From Eledone cirrhosa (lineage: Eukaryota): DNA of 64,000 nt. The translations under genes and the position numbers were made by a program. How positions within the stretch are numbered: position 1 is the stretch's first letter; each line of letters begins with the position of its first letter. The notes under the pieces were generated by a model, which did not search any database, was not told the origin of the DNA, and was given only the letters and a program-made list of their open reading frames with translations. The stretch spans positions 321,470,001 through 321,534,000 of the forward strand of contig OZ024740.1 of the NCBI GenBank assembly GCA_964016885.1, in the 5' to 3' direction. Of the stretch, positions 14,147 to 27,782 are shown in pieces.

Positions 14147-16175
14147 AACATGCTCTTTCATTACAGGATATTTTTACGACCAGAGTGAAAGACATATAAA
14201 CTGTGAAAGGTACGAGAAAAAACATTATAATCAAACAGTACCTTTATAATTTAATTTTATTAATCTGTTTGATTATAATGTTTTTCTCGTACCTTTCACA
14301 GTTTATGTCTTTCACTCTGGTGTTAAAAATATCTTGTTGAAAAAGCATGTTCTTTTTATGTATTCTCTTCTATATGTGATGTGGAAGAATTATTCTTTGA
14401 CCATTGTTACAGGTGAAGGTTTTGATTTTTAGAGAAGGTTTAAAGAGGGGGACAGAGAAAGATAAGGTAGAGATTAAGAGTAGGCTAGAGTGGGTAAAGA
14501 GGAAAGGAATTAAGAAAATGGGATTGTTTTAAATATTACTGAATCCATTGGGTGTGAAAAGTTCAAATTACTCAGGAAATGTACCAAATAGGATATAGTA
14601 AAACCTAGGTATTAGGGATCGAATCTTGTTCTAGTCCAGTTTGTATTAAGCGAAGGGTTTTAGAACCTTGTGTTTGAAATTAAATATCCTATCGTGCCGG
14701 GAATTTAGAAGGTCCTTTCTGGTCGCTATTTCAATTATCTCCGCCAAACATAGTTCACATGGGCGTCTTTTAATTCCGGTATGGACGGTCGAATTTTAGC
14801 ATGGACCATTGTAGTGTGTACATTATTAACGCGTTTCAGGCCCCATATCTTTTTCGCCAGGGCCGTTGATCTAGCTAAACTGGGGTTTTTAAATATGTGG
14901 GTGTGCACATATTATCTTTTCTTCAAAATATTGGAAGTGGAACCCACATATTGATATATACCCAGTTTAAATTTGACCACACATTGATAAATAATATTTT
15001 TGTATAAGAATTTACCCGATAGAGGACAGTTGCTGGGATTTCTGCAGTTGGAGTTTGTCCGTGTATAGTGTGTGGTTTCCACCCTGGTTCCAGTGTTGGG
15101 GGTGTTATTCCAGATATTTTGTTGTTGCTCCTGATATGCGTATAAAGTGGAAGAGACGTTGGTATTTGTGGGTGCCTTTACTCAGTGTTGGAGGCTGCGG
15201 ATGTTGCTGAGGGTTCAGATTAAGTCCGGGTTCCCGTTGGCTGTTGGTATTGCCGTACCTACGGAGGCGTTTGTTATTCAATTTCATGATGAAATTATCC
15301 AGGTTAGCTGTGGTGGAATAGGATAGTCGGATCGTGTCTCTATTAAGTATTTTATGGAATTTGTGTGTTGGATGAAAGTGTTCATCTACAAATTTAAAGA
15401 AGAGATAGGATAGCTTAATAGTTACCAGATCGTTGTGCGGGGGATTATACCATAGGTATGATTTTGTGCGGGAGCGCCTTGGTGTTTTCTTATTTGCAGT
15501 ATTAGTATTTGTCTCGCCACTGTGGGGCTTTGAGCCGTCGGTATTTAAACTTGCAAATTCTGTGTGGTATGCTTATGACTTTTTCCTATTGGGGTGGTTG
15601 GATTTTCCCCCGCATGGTGTATCTGGAAGAAATTTTATTGGTTCATCATAACCAGCCTAATTAGAGCAGCGTTGTAGTAGTCCGCGTGTGTGATGAAAGA
15701 GGATTCAGAGGCAGACAATCTGGATATACTAAGGGATACATTTTTAACAATGGAGCTAGTGATAGTCCTAGGATGGTTAGACCACCGATTAACATAGTTT
15801 AAGTTATCATTAGATTTATGGAAGGGTTCGTATATGCCGGAGTTAAGGTGAGGGTCACATCTAAAAAGTTGTTGCATTTAAGGTTATGGTAAAAAGATAT
15901 TTTAAGGGCCATGCGTTTAAAGAAGGATCTAATAGCTTACCTTCTTCTCCAATTGCCTACCATTGAAGTTCTTAAAGAGTAGGAGAGCATCATCTCTATA
16001 TATCCCGCCTTTGAGGTTAGAGAATTCTAGATGTAACATGTGCCTGAGATATGTTCCTACAAGATCCGTAACTTGGGCCGAGTCACTATATGTTTTGCTA
16101 GCATTAGTTTTCATTACAATGGTATTATTTGTGTATAGTCGAGCTGTATATAACCTAAATGTATTTGCGCGGTAG
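14143..16175 (-). mobile_element. Degenerate 5'-truncated PLE (RT + GIY-YIG pseudogene) with terminal fold-back
   Basis: DSAQVTDLVG, GIYRDDAL, NYVNRWSNHP, CRNPSNCPL, YVGST and CELC motifs with frameshifts. Inverted repeat 14143-14238 / 14265-14356. Confidence 0.85.
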
Positions 16176-16203
16176 TATATATAAAATAAGTAAAATAACT
16201 CAC

Positions 16204-16344
16204 ATTGTTGCTGCCCTTTTATCCGGGAGAGAGACAAATCTCTGGATGATCATTTGTTGGAAGGAAAATGACGCAATTCCTGTAAATGTGGATCCTATGA
16301 TTGTACTCCATACAGAGTAGATAATTCGTGGGTCAGGATCAAAG
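16204..16344 (-). CDS. SLC5A8-like: SLC5/SSS transporter internal exon, 141 nt
   Basis: ttttcag|C FDPDPRIIYSVWSTIIGSTFTGIASFSFQQMIIQRFVSLPDKRAAT AT|gtgagt. Matches the SLC5 pattern DPDP..W..Q..QR. Confidence 0.92.
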
Positions 16345-16544
16345 CTGAAAAGATAAGAACTACACTTAGACTATACGTTTATATATATATATATATATAT
16401 ATAGTTATTGTATGTACAACTACAGTTTGACTTTATACACACACACACATGCACACACACACACATACACACACACACATACATACACACACATATGTAT
16501 ATATATGAAAAGTCAACAACGAAAAAAAAAAACAAAGAAAAAAA

Positions 16545-16900
16545 ACGAAATACACAATTACAACAACGGGGATGTTAGTGTTTCCTCTCTAAAAATTATT
16601 GAAGCAAATCAAGACATTCACGGAATTGTCACAGTTGATAGGTCTTTAAATTACACACTACAACAGGGAATGCTGGTGTTTCCCTCTAAAAGTTATTGAA
16701 GCAAATCAAGGCACTCATGGCATTACCACGGGTGATAGAGGCTCCATCAATTACACACTACAACAGGGAATGCTGGTTTTTCCCTGAAAGGCATTTTGAG
16801 GCAATTTAAGACACTCACGGTATTACCATAGTTAATAGTGGGCTTCAGAATTACTCCCTGTAACAGGAACTGTTGGTGTTTCCATGTAAAAATTATTGAG
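16545..16900. repeat. Diverged ~79-bp tandem repeat
   Basis: Recurrent attacacactacaacagggaatgctggt..ttattgaagcaaatcaag, about 4.5 copies. Confidence 0.7.
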
Positions 16901-16939
16901 ACAAGCCAATATTGTTGTATTTAAGAAAACAATACTCAC

Positions 16940-17094
16940 TTAAAGTATGGCCATCGTTCTCCTTCTGAAATTAGCCTGGCAACTTGCGCTCCTCCTCCTG
17001 CATTTTGCATCCCAACGACGACAATCACAATTAGTGATGTAATCATCACAATTATCTGGAAGGCATCCGTCCAAACAACAGTTCGTAAGCCACC
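16940..17094 (-). CDS. SLC5A8-like: SLC5/SSS transporter internal exon, 155 nt
   Basis: ttgtag|GGLRTVVWTDAFQIIVMITSLIVIVVVGMQNAGGGAQVARLISEGERWPYF AA|gtgagt. Contains the SSS signature GGL..VVWTD.FQ. Confidence 0.95.
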
Positions 17095-17139
17095 CTACAA
17101 GAAAATGTCATTATAAATATCCATTAAATGCACCAACAT

Positions 17140-17340
17140 ATGAAGATCGGCTGAAAAGTTCATAAGCTGACTATGAAGGAGTGATGCTAGAGCTATGAAA
17201 TCTTGCATACATTAATTTCAACTTTTCTTATTAATAACTGGATTGTTTCTTTCCAGGGACTATGTTGAAAAATAAACTTCGTTTAGTCATTCCATGAGAG
17301 TATCTTGGCCATCTTATCAACTTTTCAGCCAACTCTCGTA
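17140..17340. mobile_element. Tc1/mariner-type MITE
   Basis: Imperfect TIRs tatgaagatcggctgaaaagtt / aacttttcagccaactctcgta, TA-flanked. Confidence 0.55.
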
Positions 17341-18089
17341 TTATATATGTACTACATACGCAATGGATCATCGTAAGTTTCGTGGATGAGTTTTCCAAAA
17401 TGGCTGATTATTACACAGACACGTGTCCCCTTAACTTAATTTTCAGAGATATTCAGCATAGCACAGTGTGTGACAATGTTGAATTACAGGTACAATTCAT
17501 CCTACGAGCTTCCAATTTCCCTCACAAAATATGGATCAACCAAGTCTATGGTAAATACCACTTGCTTAAGATGCCCGGCAATGGGCTTGTACCCGGGATC
17601 TATTGATTGCGAAGTGAATTCCTTAACCATTCCACCATACTGTGTCCACTACTTATATGTTCTATATACTATATACACCAAATTTGTTAATATATATTAA
17701 TATATGTGCTGCATACATCAACATATTAAATGTCATAGTATATTCCTATTACACAAAAATAGATTCACTTGCATTATATCGATGTAATATATATAACAAG
17801 ATATTGTAAATATTCATACGAGAGCACAACGTATATTTGAAGATTTTAAGTTACACGTTTTTGACAAACAATTTTGTATTAGAAGCTTTCGCTGTGAAAG
17901 GAATGAACGTTAAAGTGTAAACATTCTCACATGATCCGCCATACACAGAAACCACAGATCATTCATTCATCGACATTTCAATGATTATTGTCATCTTATG
18001 CGAGAATGAATACTCCTATGTCGTACAGAATAGTGAAAATATCTGAAAAAGAAAAAAACTTAAAATTGTTTTAGAGAGCTTGTCCAATG

Positions 18090-18386
18090 TAAAAAATAAG
18101 GGAGTTAAAACGGGGTTGAAGTAAAACAAAACGACAGTTTAAACTTTTACTTTATATTTCGTTAATATTTCGGGCTCAAAACCCTAAGACAACAGAAAAT
18201 GGAATAAGATAGAAGCAATGTCGACTCTTTTGCAACGAATAGATACCAGATAGCCAGTATCACCACCACATTATATTTTTTTTTGACAAAGGAGTTTAAG
18301 CCTGAAATATTAACGAAATATAAAGTAAAAAACATAAACTGAGGCTTTGCTATACTTCAGCCCCGTTTCCACTCCCTTATTTTTTT
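18090..18386. repeat. MITE-like element with diverged ~90-bp terminal inverted repeats
   Basis: ttttactttatatttcgttaatatttc versus gaaatattaacgaaatataaagtaaaa, plus outer aaaataagggagt / actcccttatttt. Confidence 0.65.
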
Positions 18387-18712
18387 AACTTACACTGGAC
18401 TGGATATCTAAAATAGATTTAATATTTTTTCTTTCCTTTTCATTTCTTTTCTAACAATTTCTTTTTTATTTTTGTCGTTATGATACTCTAAACGTATTTG
18501 AGGATAGAATGTAAAAATATAAAAGATCGAGATCTCGTGATGTTTCATATGAAAAATATACAAAAAATAAAGATGTGAAGAAACAAAGGATGAGCTTTAT
18601 GTTATAGTATTTACATTGAAGAGAGAGAAAAGGAGGATAAGGAGACATAATAAGACGACTTATAATGGCTGTGTACAGGAGGAGGGAGAATAGGTATGAT
18701 AACGTGACTTAC

Positions 18713-18780
18713 AATGGCCGTGTACAGTGTACATAAAATTCCGACTAAGGCAATGGCCAAGGCTGGAGGCATCGCGGTTG
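18713..18780 (-). CDS. SLC5A8-like: SLC5/SSS transporter internal exon, 68 nt
   Basis: ccatag|CA TAMPPALAIALVGILCTLYTAI|gtaagt. Phase 1 in and phase 0 out, joining directly to GGL. Confidence 0.92.
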
Positions 18781-19004
18781 CTATGGATACACACAAAAAA
18801 AGAAAAACAATTCAATATAATAGTTGAATAAATATAAATATATATATATAAATATATATCGATTTTATTTTATTTCTCGTTTTATCTTCTGATGAAAGAC
18901 TAATGTCCGAAACATAAATATTCTTTTTCTACTGAATCAAGCGTTAAATTAATATATCACTTCATTGTACAGCGTTGTTTGCTTTACTTTTATTTTTATT
19001 TTTT

Positions 19005-19111
<107 letters not shown>

Positions 19112-19117
19112 ACACAC

Positions 19118-19151
<34 letters not shown>

Positions 19152-19269
19152 TATATATATAAATAAGAAATATATATATATATAAGCATTTAATCCGACG
19201 CCATTCCCACTCAGCTAATTCACTGATACTAATGAGAATAACTTAAGACATTACTACATAAGAGATCCA

Positions 19270-19760
19270 GCAAACCAGTTATTAATTAAAGCAGTCAATA
19301 ACTTGAACAGTTATTAACTAGAGAGTAAATAACTAAAGGAGTTATTAATTAAAGAGTAAATAACTAAAAGAGTTATTAACTAGAACAGTAAATAACTTAA
19401 ACAATTATTAACTAGAACAGTAAATAACTTAAACAATTATTAACTAGAACAGTAAATAACTAAAACAGTTATTAACTAGAACAGTAAATACCTAGAACAG
19501 TAAATAACTAGAACAGTTATTAACTCGAACAGTTAATAATTAAAACAGTATTTACTATGCGTTAGCATGTTAAATAGTTTGTAATTAAAACAGTTATTAA
19601 CTAGAACAGTTAATAACTTAAACAATTAATCACTAAAACAGTTAATAACTAAAACAGTTGAAAACTAAAAAGTTAATAACTATGAGTTAATAAGTAAAGT
19701 AGTTTTAATTTAAAGTTATTAACTAGAACAGTAAATAACTAAAACAGTTGCTGTTATTTA
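19270..19760. repeat. AT-rich short-unit tandem repeat
   Basis: Repeated taactagaacagtaaa / taactaaaacagttat. Confidence 0.8.
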
Positions 19761-20007
19761 AAACTATTTTTTATTAAAAATTATTACAAATTATAGAAGT
19801 AAATAGAAACTAACACACGTCGTAGAGAGATAATTAAACAAGATAAATTGAGTGAATCTATACAGAGGTAACACACAGACAACATAACTGAATTATAGGA
19901 TATAGTTGCCTGATAGGACATAACTGGATTATAGAATATAGCTGGATTATAGCATATAGCTATGTTATTTGACATAATAGCTTGACTATAGGTTATAGCT
20001 GGATTAT

Positions 20008-20672
20008 GGAGCGAGCTGCCCATGTACAGAAGCTAGATCCTGCCCTCAATGCTAGTTGCCATCTCATCACAGGCTGCCTGAAATCTACACCTACGGACCG
20101 TCTGCATATCCTGGCAGGCATATTCCCACCAAATACGATGAAGTGCAGCCAGCAAGAAAGTGCATCAACAATAGACTACAGATCAAAAACATCCTCTCAT
20201 CGACCAAAAGCCGCCTTAAATCCAGGAAAAGTTTCCTAACGAGTGTCACACCATTTGGAACATTAAGCATAAGTAGTGAAAGAGTCACTCGCTGGGAAGA
20301 AAAATATAGCAACCTCCCATCTGTAACAACAATGGAGTTAAAGGCGAGCGAGGCACTGCCCACCAGAGCAGATACAAACTATGCAGTGTGAAAATGCCTC
20401 AATAGATTAAGATCTGGTGTTGGTCGTGCAAAAGCCAATCTGGCAAAATGGGGATATTTAAAGGATGGGGACGTTGTGTGCGACTGCGGCATCGAACCAC
20501 AGACTACGCAGCACCGCCAGCTGGAACACCCCTACCGGAACTCTCCTGCTGGAACATCCTGTACAGCATTGGACTTGGCAGAGTTTAATGAGAAAGGACA
20601 GCAATGAGTTTAGCTTGGCGGAACCACATCTAGCCAAGCTTTGTAGCCGACACTCTTGTGGACACGAGAAGA
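20008..20672 (+). mobile_element. 5'-truncated Vingi/Ingi-like non-LTR element inserted in a tandem-repeat tract (19880-20975)
   Basis: ITGCLKSTP..L.ILAGI.PP, RLKSRKSFL and CLNRLRSGVGRAKANLAKWG..CDCG..QT.QH. Flanking agctggattat duplication. Confidence 0.7.
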
Positions 20673-21852
20673 AGCTGGATTATAGGAGATACCTTAATTA
20701 TAGGATATAGATATATTATTTGACATAATAGCTTGACTATAGGTTATAGCTTAACAATAGGATATAGCTGGATTATGACATAATTGAATTATAAGATATA
20801 GCTATATTATATGACATAATGGAATTATAGAATGTAACTGGATTATAGAAGATAGCTGGATTATAGTACATAGCTATATCATAGGATGTAGCTATGTTAC
20901 TGGATGATAGGATCTAGCTATATTATATGACATAACTGGATTATAGGATATAACTGGATTATAAGAAGAGTATAAGAATATATGAGGTGACGGATTGGCA
21001 GTCGTCAGAACGTCGGATAGAATGCTTTGCTGCACGCTGTGTTCAAATTCAGTCGAGGTCAGCTTTGCATTTCATCCTAGTTCATACTGGGGTCAATTCT
21101 TCCTCTATATCCCTAACTTTTTTACTACTTTTCTATCACTTTCTTGTAAGGAAAAAATTGGCTGTGTTCAGACCTGGTTTAAAAAAAGTACCCAAGAAAC
21201 GCGCCCATGACACCCCCAGGAGTTACGGGTACAGAGGATACATACATTAAACGATATAAGAAGAGTGAAAAACATACAAATATACCCGGAGAGAAAATAT
21301 CAGGAAAATAAAATAAAATAAAACAAAAATAAAGTAAATTAAAAAAAAAACAAAAAAACAAAACAAAAAAAAAAACAAAACAAAAAAATTATAAAATCAA
21401 AGAAGAGAAATTTGAAGAAAAATAAAAGAAAACTGATTGCAACAATTGTTGGCAAAATCCCAGAGAATCTGGAATTCGGAGGAACACTTAAAACAAACAC
21501 ATATATGTTTGAAGTTAAGTAGAACTAAAGAGAGTTGAATATATAAGAACATATCAATGGGAAAAATTGAAAAGAAACAATAGTAGAATTATGACATCCC
21601 TACCCCCAAACAAACAAACAAGGGTGATAAAAATAAATTTTTGAGACAGAAAGAATTAGAATTGGATTAACTATTATAAAATAGTTGTTGAAAATGGAAT
21701 CTTCCAGAGGGAATTATATATTTAAGGCAAACACTTGGCTTAAAGACGGAATTTTGAGTGCTGCAAATTTTGGCACATAGTGAAGTATATCTTTGAAAAT
21801 AGAATAATATTACACACACACACGCACGTACGCACACACACATGTACACACC

Positions 21853-21958
<106 letters not shown>

Positions 21959-22034
21959 CATATATATATATATATTGTTATGCTTTGGGAGGGTCATGTT
22001 GCCAATAAGAAACACACGCACCAGTTTATTAATA

Positions 22035-22740
22035 AATTAAATTTATAAATTTAAGAATTTATAAATTTCCGGTTGGTTGGTTTCATAACCGGACGGTTGT
22101 TCATATATTGTCAAAGTTCTTTCATCACACATTCTGTGACCTCTTCAGTGACTGGAGATTCTTTTCTTTGTTTTGTGCTTCTCCTTTGTTCTGTCCTACG
22201 CCATCTTGTTTTTGTGTGTGTTGTGTGTTTAGTTTGCGGATGTGTTACATCCGGGTGTCTGTGTGTGTTTTTATTTGTTTATTTATTTGTTTATTTATTT
22301 GTTTATTTACATGTTACTGGTTGGTTGTTTGTTCTATGTGTGTGTGTGTTTTCATTTTGTCCTTAATTGTAAGTTGTGATGTTGCTATTCCATTCATGTT
22401 TTCTATTTAATTTTGGTTGGAGTTCATTTATGTTTATTGCCTCTGTGATTTGTCTAAACATTGCGTCTTTTCTGTGTGTAGATTCTATTTTTATTTCTAT
22501 GTTCTCTAATTTGCCCTTATGTTCTATTTTAGCATGTTGGTGGAGTATTGATGATTCTTTTTTATCTTGAAGTTCTCACCAGTGTTCATTTAACCGTTCT
22601 CCTATACTACGAGCTGTCTCACCTATGTACACTATATTCTTATCTTTATATTGTCCTTCAGTACATCTTATGCTATATACTACATTTCTAGTTTTACAGT
22701 TAATATGAGGGCTTAGTTTACAGATTATGCATTTCAATAT
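22035..22740 (-). mobile_element. PLE 3' fragment (GIY-YIG of a second PLE lineage) with pLTR
   Basis: Minus strand CKTRNVVYSIRC..VYIGETARSIGERLNEH..HQH..RQITEA. Confidence 0.8.
22110..22152 (-). ncRNA. Minimal type I hammerhead ribozyme
   Basis: gtca-CTGAAGA-ggtcacagaatgtgtgat-GAAA-GAAC-TT-tgac. Confidence 0.7.
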
Positions 22741-22746
22741 ATATAT

Positions 22747-23036
22747 AAGCAAAGAGATATTTAATTTGTTGGTAATTCAACAAATTTATTTATAACAGAT
22801 TCGAAGCACTCAACAGTCCTGGAGTATAATATCAATGATATTAATAAATGGAAAACTATATTTATAAAACGGAACCCGAACCGATAAGGTCTGGTGTCTG
22901 GGGTATGTCACTATTTATAAAACAAATTTTGTATTTTATCTGATGAGAGCGTACCAAAGTTTTTGGTACCCTTGAAATATATATATATAAAATAAATATG
23001 GTTTTATAAATATAGTTTTCCATTTATTAATATCAT

Positions 23037-23042
<6 letters not shown>
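22747..23042 (+). mobile_element. ~300-bp non-autonomous PLE derivative (inverted tail, 42-bp inverted repeat, hammerhead)
   Basis: Inverted repeat 22829-22870 / 23001-23042. tattttat-CTGATGA-gagcgtaccaaagtttttggtaccctt-GAAA at 22932-22994. Confidence 0.8.
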
Positions 23043-23094
<52 letters not shown>

Positions 23095-23285
23095 TTCTCT
23101 CTTCATATATGTGTGCGCGTGCGTGTGGCATATTATCGTAGGATCTCCAATGATACAGTCTGACTATGTCTGTAGACATCAAAGAGTGTATGTGTGTGTA
23201 TGAGAGAAAGAGTGAGAGAAAGAGAGGGAGAAAGGTGTTTGCTCCATTAAACAACATATAGTTAGATCCATTATAACATATAATG

Positions 23286-23421
<136 letters not shown>

Positions 23422-23669
23422 CAGCAAACAGAAATAACAAAACAAATGACGCAGTACATTGAAGAAAAATATTAGTTTATCGCTTGATAAATAGTAGGAA
23501 AATAGTATTAACGTTTCGGACACTAGTTCTTCAGCAAAAAAAAAGAGTGAGAAATAAAAGGTAAAATAGCATGATAAAGAGTAGGAAAGGGAAGGCACGG
23601 GGAAAAAGAGGGAAAAACACACACGTACGTATTCAACCAGCTCTTTTTGATATATATATGTAGAATCGA

Positions 23670-23764
23670 GACATATCTGAGGATCTTACGATTTCAGAGT
23701 CAGGTTTGATCATTGCATCGATCGGGCCTCGAGCTGGTCGCCAGAGAAACGATTGTAATATGTC
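23670..23764 (+). ncRNA. Type I hammerhead ribozyme with extended stem/loop II
   Basis: gacatat-CTGAGGA-tct..aga-GAAA-CGATTG-TA-atatgtc, with a perfect 7-bp stem I. Confidence 0.75.
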
Positions 23765-23815
23765 AAATAAATCTTATTCATCGCACCACTGATTCTCCGT
23801 TTCTTAGTTTCTTAT

Positions 23816-23869
<54 letters not shown>

Positions 23870-23880
23870 TATATATATAT

Positions 23881-24400
23881 AAATATGATATATTGGGGAA
23901 CGATTTCGAAAGCGCCCGCATACCGAAATATGGCTCTCTCAAGCATCATTTGTGTATTGAGGAAAGTTTTCATATACTTACCAGCCAAAACTCTATTAAC
24001 AAAAAGAAAGAATTATTCAGTTCTTGCAGACATCGCCAAGCAAAGACGTTCAGAAGTATCTATAATCTATAGAAAATATTATCTAAATCTCACTTACTTA
24101 ATATGTCTCCACTGTGTTTTGTTGATGTTTTGCGGTGATTATTAGATGATGCTTTTCTTTTTAAGTGATACTCTTTTTAAATTGTTTCTAAATGATATTT
24201 TGAAATATATCTTTCTTGTGATAGTTCTAATGATGTTTCTGAATACACTTTGGATGTCTCTAATATTTCTTCCTAATTGACTATATAGACATTAACATTT
24301 GCAGCGATGTAGATAATGCTATCTAAATACATATATAAAATAATTTTTATCTTTGAAAATATGTAATATAAGATACCTTATAATTATATATAAAATAATA
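23881..24400 (+). mobile_element. PLE 3' fragment related to the element at 318-2543
   Basis: ISKAPAYR..LCIEESFHIL..INKKKELFSSCRHR endonuclease C-terminus. Right boundary approximate. Confidence 0.7.
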
Positions 24401-24824
24401 TATAAAAAATTTTCTACATATATTTTGCATATATCTTAATTGAATATTCTTTTAAAGTAAATTCATGTGTGTGTGTGTGTGTCTGTCTGTGTGTGTGTCT
24501 GTCTGTGTGTGTGTGTGTGAGAATAGGGTAAAGGGTAAAGACCCCCTCGCTCACGAATGAACATGAGATTTGTGCCTATAAAGTTCCCCTCCGAGGTACA
24601 AGCCTGGGAAAGGCTGCTAATGGAAGACTAGCGGTCGTCCATGCATACCAGTCTCCCCTCTCCACACAGCCGTTGTTTTCGGAAAGGGAAAGCAAAGGCA
24701 GATACAGCATGACACCAGTGACGTGGCAACTCATTTTTACAGCTCAGTAAACTGTAGCAACGTGAAATAAACTCAGGATTGTGAATTCAACGCTCTAGCC
24801 CCTAAACCATGTGTGAATAATATA

Positions 24825-24960
24825 ATTGTTTCTACTTTTGGAACAAGGCCAGCAATTATCTCAGTGTATTACTGGTACCTTATTTTATCGACCCCGTAAG
24901 GATGAAAGGCAAAGTTAACCTCGGCGGGATTTGAACTCAGACCATAAAGGGCCGTAACTC
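24825..24960 (-). mobile_element. SINE (same family as 9800)
   Basis: Near-identical core to 9800-9925. Confidence 0.8.
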
Positions 24961-25485
24961 TTATGTGTGAATAATATAATATAAATGACATAACACCATC
25001 AATTGTAATACCGGAAATGTTTTATTCATGATTTTCTGATTCCCAGCTTGTTATCACTTATCAGTAGTTTATGGAATTCATCTTCCGCTGATAACTATTT
25101 CCGCTAATTAACCACTAATTAAAAACTGGTTAATGGGATGGGTTTAATCAAAAGTAGGTGTGAGGTGGTGGAATCATGTAGTTCAATATACTTTTAGCTG
25201 TTTATTTTTTTTTCTGTGACATAATTTGTTATTTTTTTTTCGTGGAAAATAAATAAATTGTCTGGAAACATTGTTTTAGGTTCTGGAGCAAATAGATACC
25301 TTTTGTGTATGCATGTATATATATATGTATATATATTTGTGTGTGTGTGTGTATGTGCGTGCGCGCGCGTATGCGTGTGCGTGTATGTGTATGTGTGAGT
25401 GTGCGTGCGCGCGCAAGCGTGTATTGCAATATCCTTAGATCTATAAAGGAAAAAGGAAAACAATGCTCAATTGGCAAGAGAGCAG

Positions 25486-25530
<45 letters not shown>

Positions 25531-25904
25531 ATTATATATATATAGTATATATATATATTTGAAAAGGGAGTAAGGTTCTATACAAAACGGGTTATAGAGA
25601 AAAGGTGGATTTGGAAATAGCACGGAAACTATATTCAAGGATCGGTTTTTCTTTTTTATTTCTTTGATTCATCAAAGTGACATTATTGAAAAAATGAGAG
25701 GAACAAGTCTTCAAAAAAAAAAGTTTTATAATGTATATAAAATATATAAAATATAACCGGTTTCAATGTATCAGTGTAATCCATCTTATCAAATGTTGAA
25801 TATTACAATTAGAAAGAATTAAAAAGAATTAAAAATTAAAAATGTTAAACTAAATGTTGAAAAGGTCTGTTCATCTTTTTTGATGTGAAGACTGGGTCTA
25901 AAAT

Positions 25905-26337
25905 GGCGTTGTTAAGGGCAGTCGTTAGAGTGTTAGATAAATACCTAGCAGTATTTGTTCCAACTCTTTGCGTTCTGAGTTTAAATCTCGCCCAATTCAC
26001 CTTTGCTTTTAATTGTTCCGGGGTCGATACAATAAAGTTCTAGTCAAGTATTGGAGTTCGACATAACCGACTCACCCTACCCCAAATTTCTGGCCTCGAG
26101 CCTAAATTAGATATTAATATTTTCAAGTGCGGTGGATTGGTAAAATCATTAGGGCATCGGACAACATTCTTAGTTATGGCTTTTTGCATTCTGAGTTCCA
26201 ATTCCTTCGAGGCCAACATGGCCTTTCATGCTCACAGGGTTAAAAAAATAAAGCACCAGTAATGTACTTGTGTGAATATAGACTTTCCTCTTTTCCCAAA
26301 TTGCTGGCCTAGTGCCTCAACCAGAAACGATTATTAT
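25905..26337 (+). mobile_element. Two adjacent full-length tRNA-derived SINEs
   Basis: Each has an A-box-like head, gagtt.aa.t B-box-like segment, the shared core and an (att)-type tail. Confidence 0.7.
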
Positions 26338-26764
26338 TGTTGTGGTTTGTCAATATAACATTATGTGTAAGGCAATTAAATTGTCACTCTTGTTGTGGTA
26401 AGATCAACAAACAAGAGATAACTGTTCTTCCTTCCTGCCTCCCTTCGTTCTTTCCTCCTGTGTCCATACTTAACGTAAATTGTCTAAATTGTCGTCAAAT
26501 TTACGCCTTCAATGTAAATAGCTAATGAACAGTTGTGGGTGACCTACCTTACAATTAAACAAATGGGACATCGTTGTAATGATAATTAGCTGCATGCAAC
26601 AGCAAAAACAATAACAACAGCAACAGCAACAACAATAATAATAATAACAGCAGCAACAACACCAACAACAATAATAATGATAATAATAATATAAAATAAC
26701 CAGCTCAGAATAATGAAAAGCTACGAAACACGAACAAAACTCTCCTCAAAGTAAATAAATACAA

Positions 26765-26834
<70 letters not shown>

Positions 26835-26877
26835 AAGGTTAAAAAAGGTTCAATGAATAAATCAAAGAATGAGTTTT

Positions 26878-26919
<42 letters not shown>

Positions 26920-26920
<1 letters not shown>

Positions 26921-27720
26921 TTGTGTATAATGGTAGCTATGGTGCTTCCATAGGCGGTATGCCAACATATTCAACAGAGCACTCAATATTCAACAGAGTA
27001 GAGTGTGTATAGTATAAAAAAACGAAAAATCAGTGATGCATCTGGACTCAATTTATTGCGTGTTACAATTGTTTCGCCGGCAGGTAGCTCGAGACATGGT
27101 CCCTGTATGGATCTGGCTGATTCTTCGGCTGCAGGTTCCTGCAGACGCGGGTAGTTCGTTCGAAGCAAATTTTATCACTGGGGTGTTATCATTAAAAAAA
27201 CACCTTAAAAAAATCTCTTCCACTCTTGTCATGCCATTGGCTGTTGTTACTCTACGTCATCGTAAGTTCTGGTCACTTTTTACTGCTACACGGGTCATCA
27301 GCCATTTTCCGTCCGACACACTTCAATGGAGTCATGCTGGATTCGGTATCTCACACGTCTGTTCACACTCCAGAGTATGTACCCACACATACATATACAC
27401 ACACACATATACACACACAGGCAGACACAGACACCTGCGTGCATACACATATGTACGCATACAAGCGTAGACCCCCCCCACACATATATATATATCTATA
27501 CACACGCACACACTCTCCCTCCCTTCCACAGACCCAGGCACACCCACTACTAGATACCAACCGCCACAAGCCTATTAGCGCCTGCTTAAGTCGCGCCATA
27601 TATCCGGTCCGACAGGCACGACCCACACAAACATACACATATACACACACATACGCGCGCACACATACCTACGCACAACCTTATATACATATATATACAT
27701 TCATACACACACATATATAT

Positions 27721-27782
<62 letters not shown>

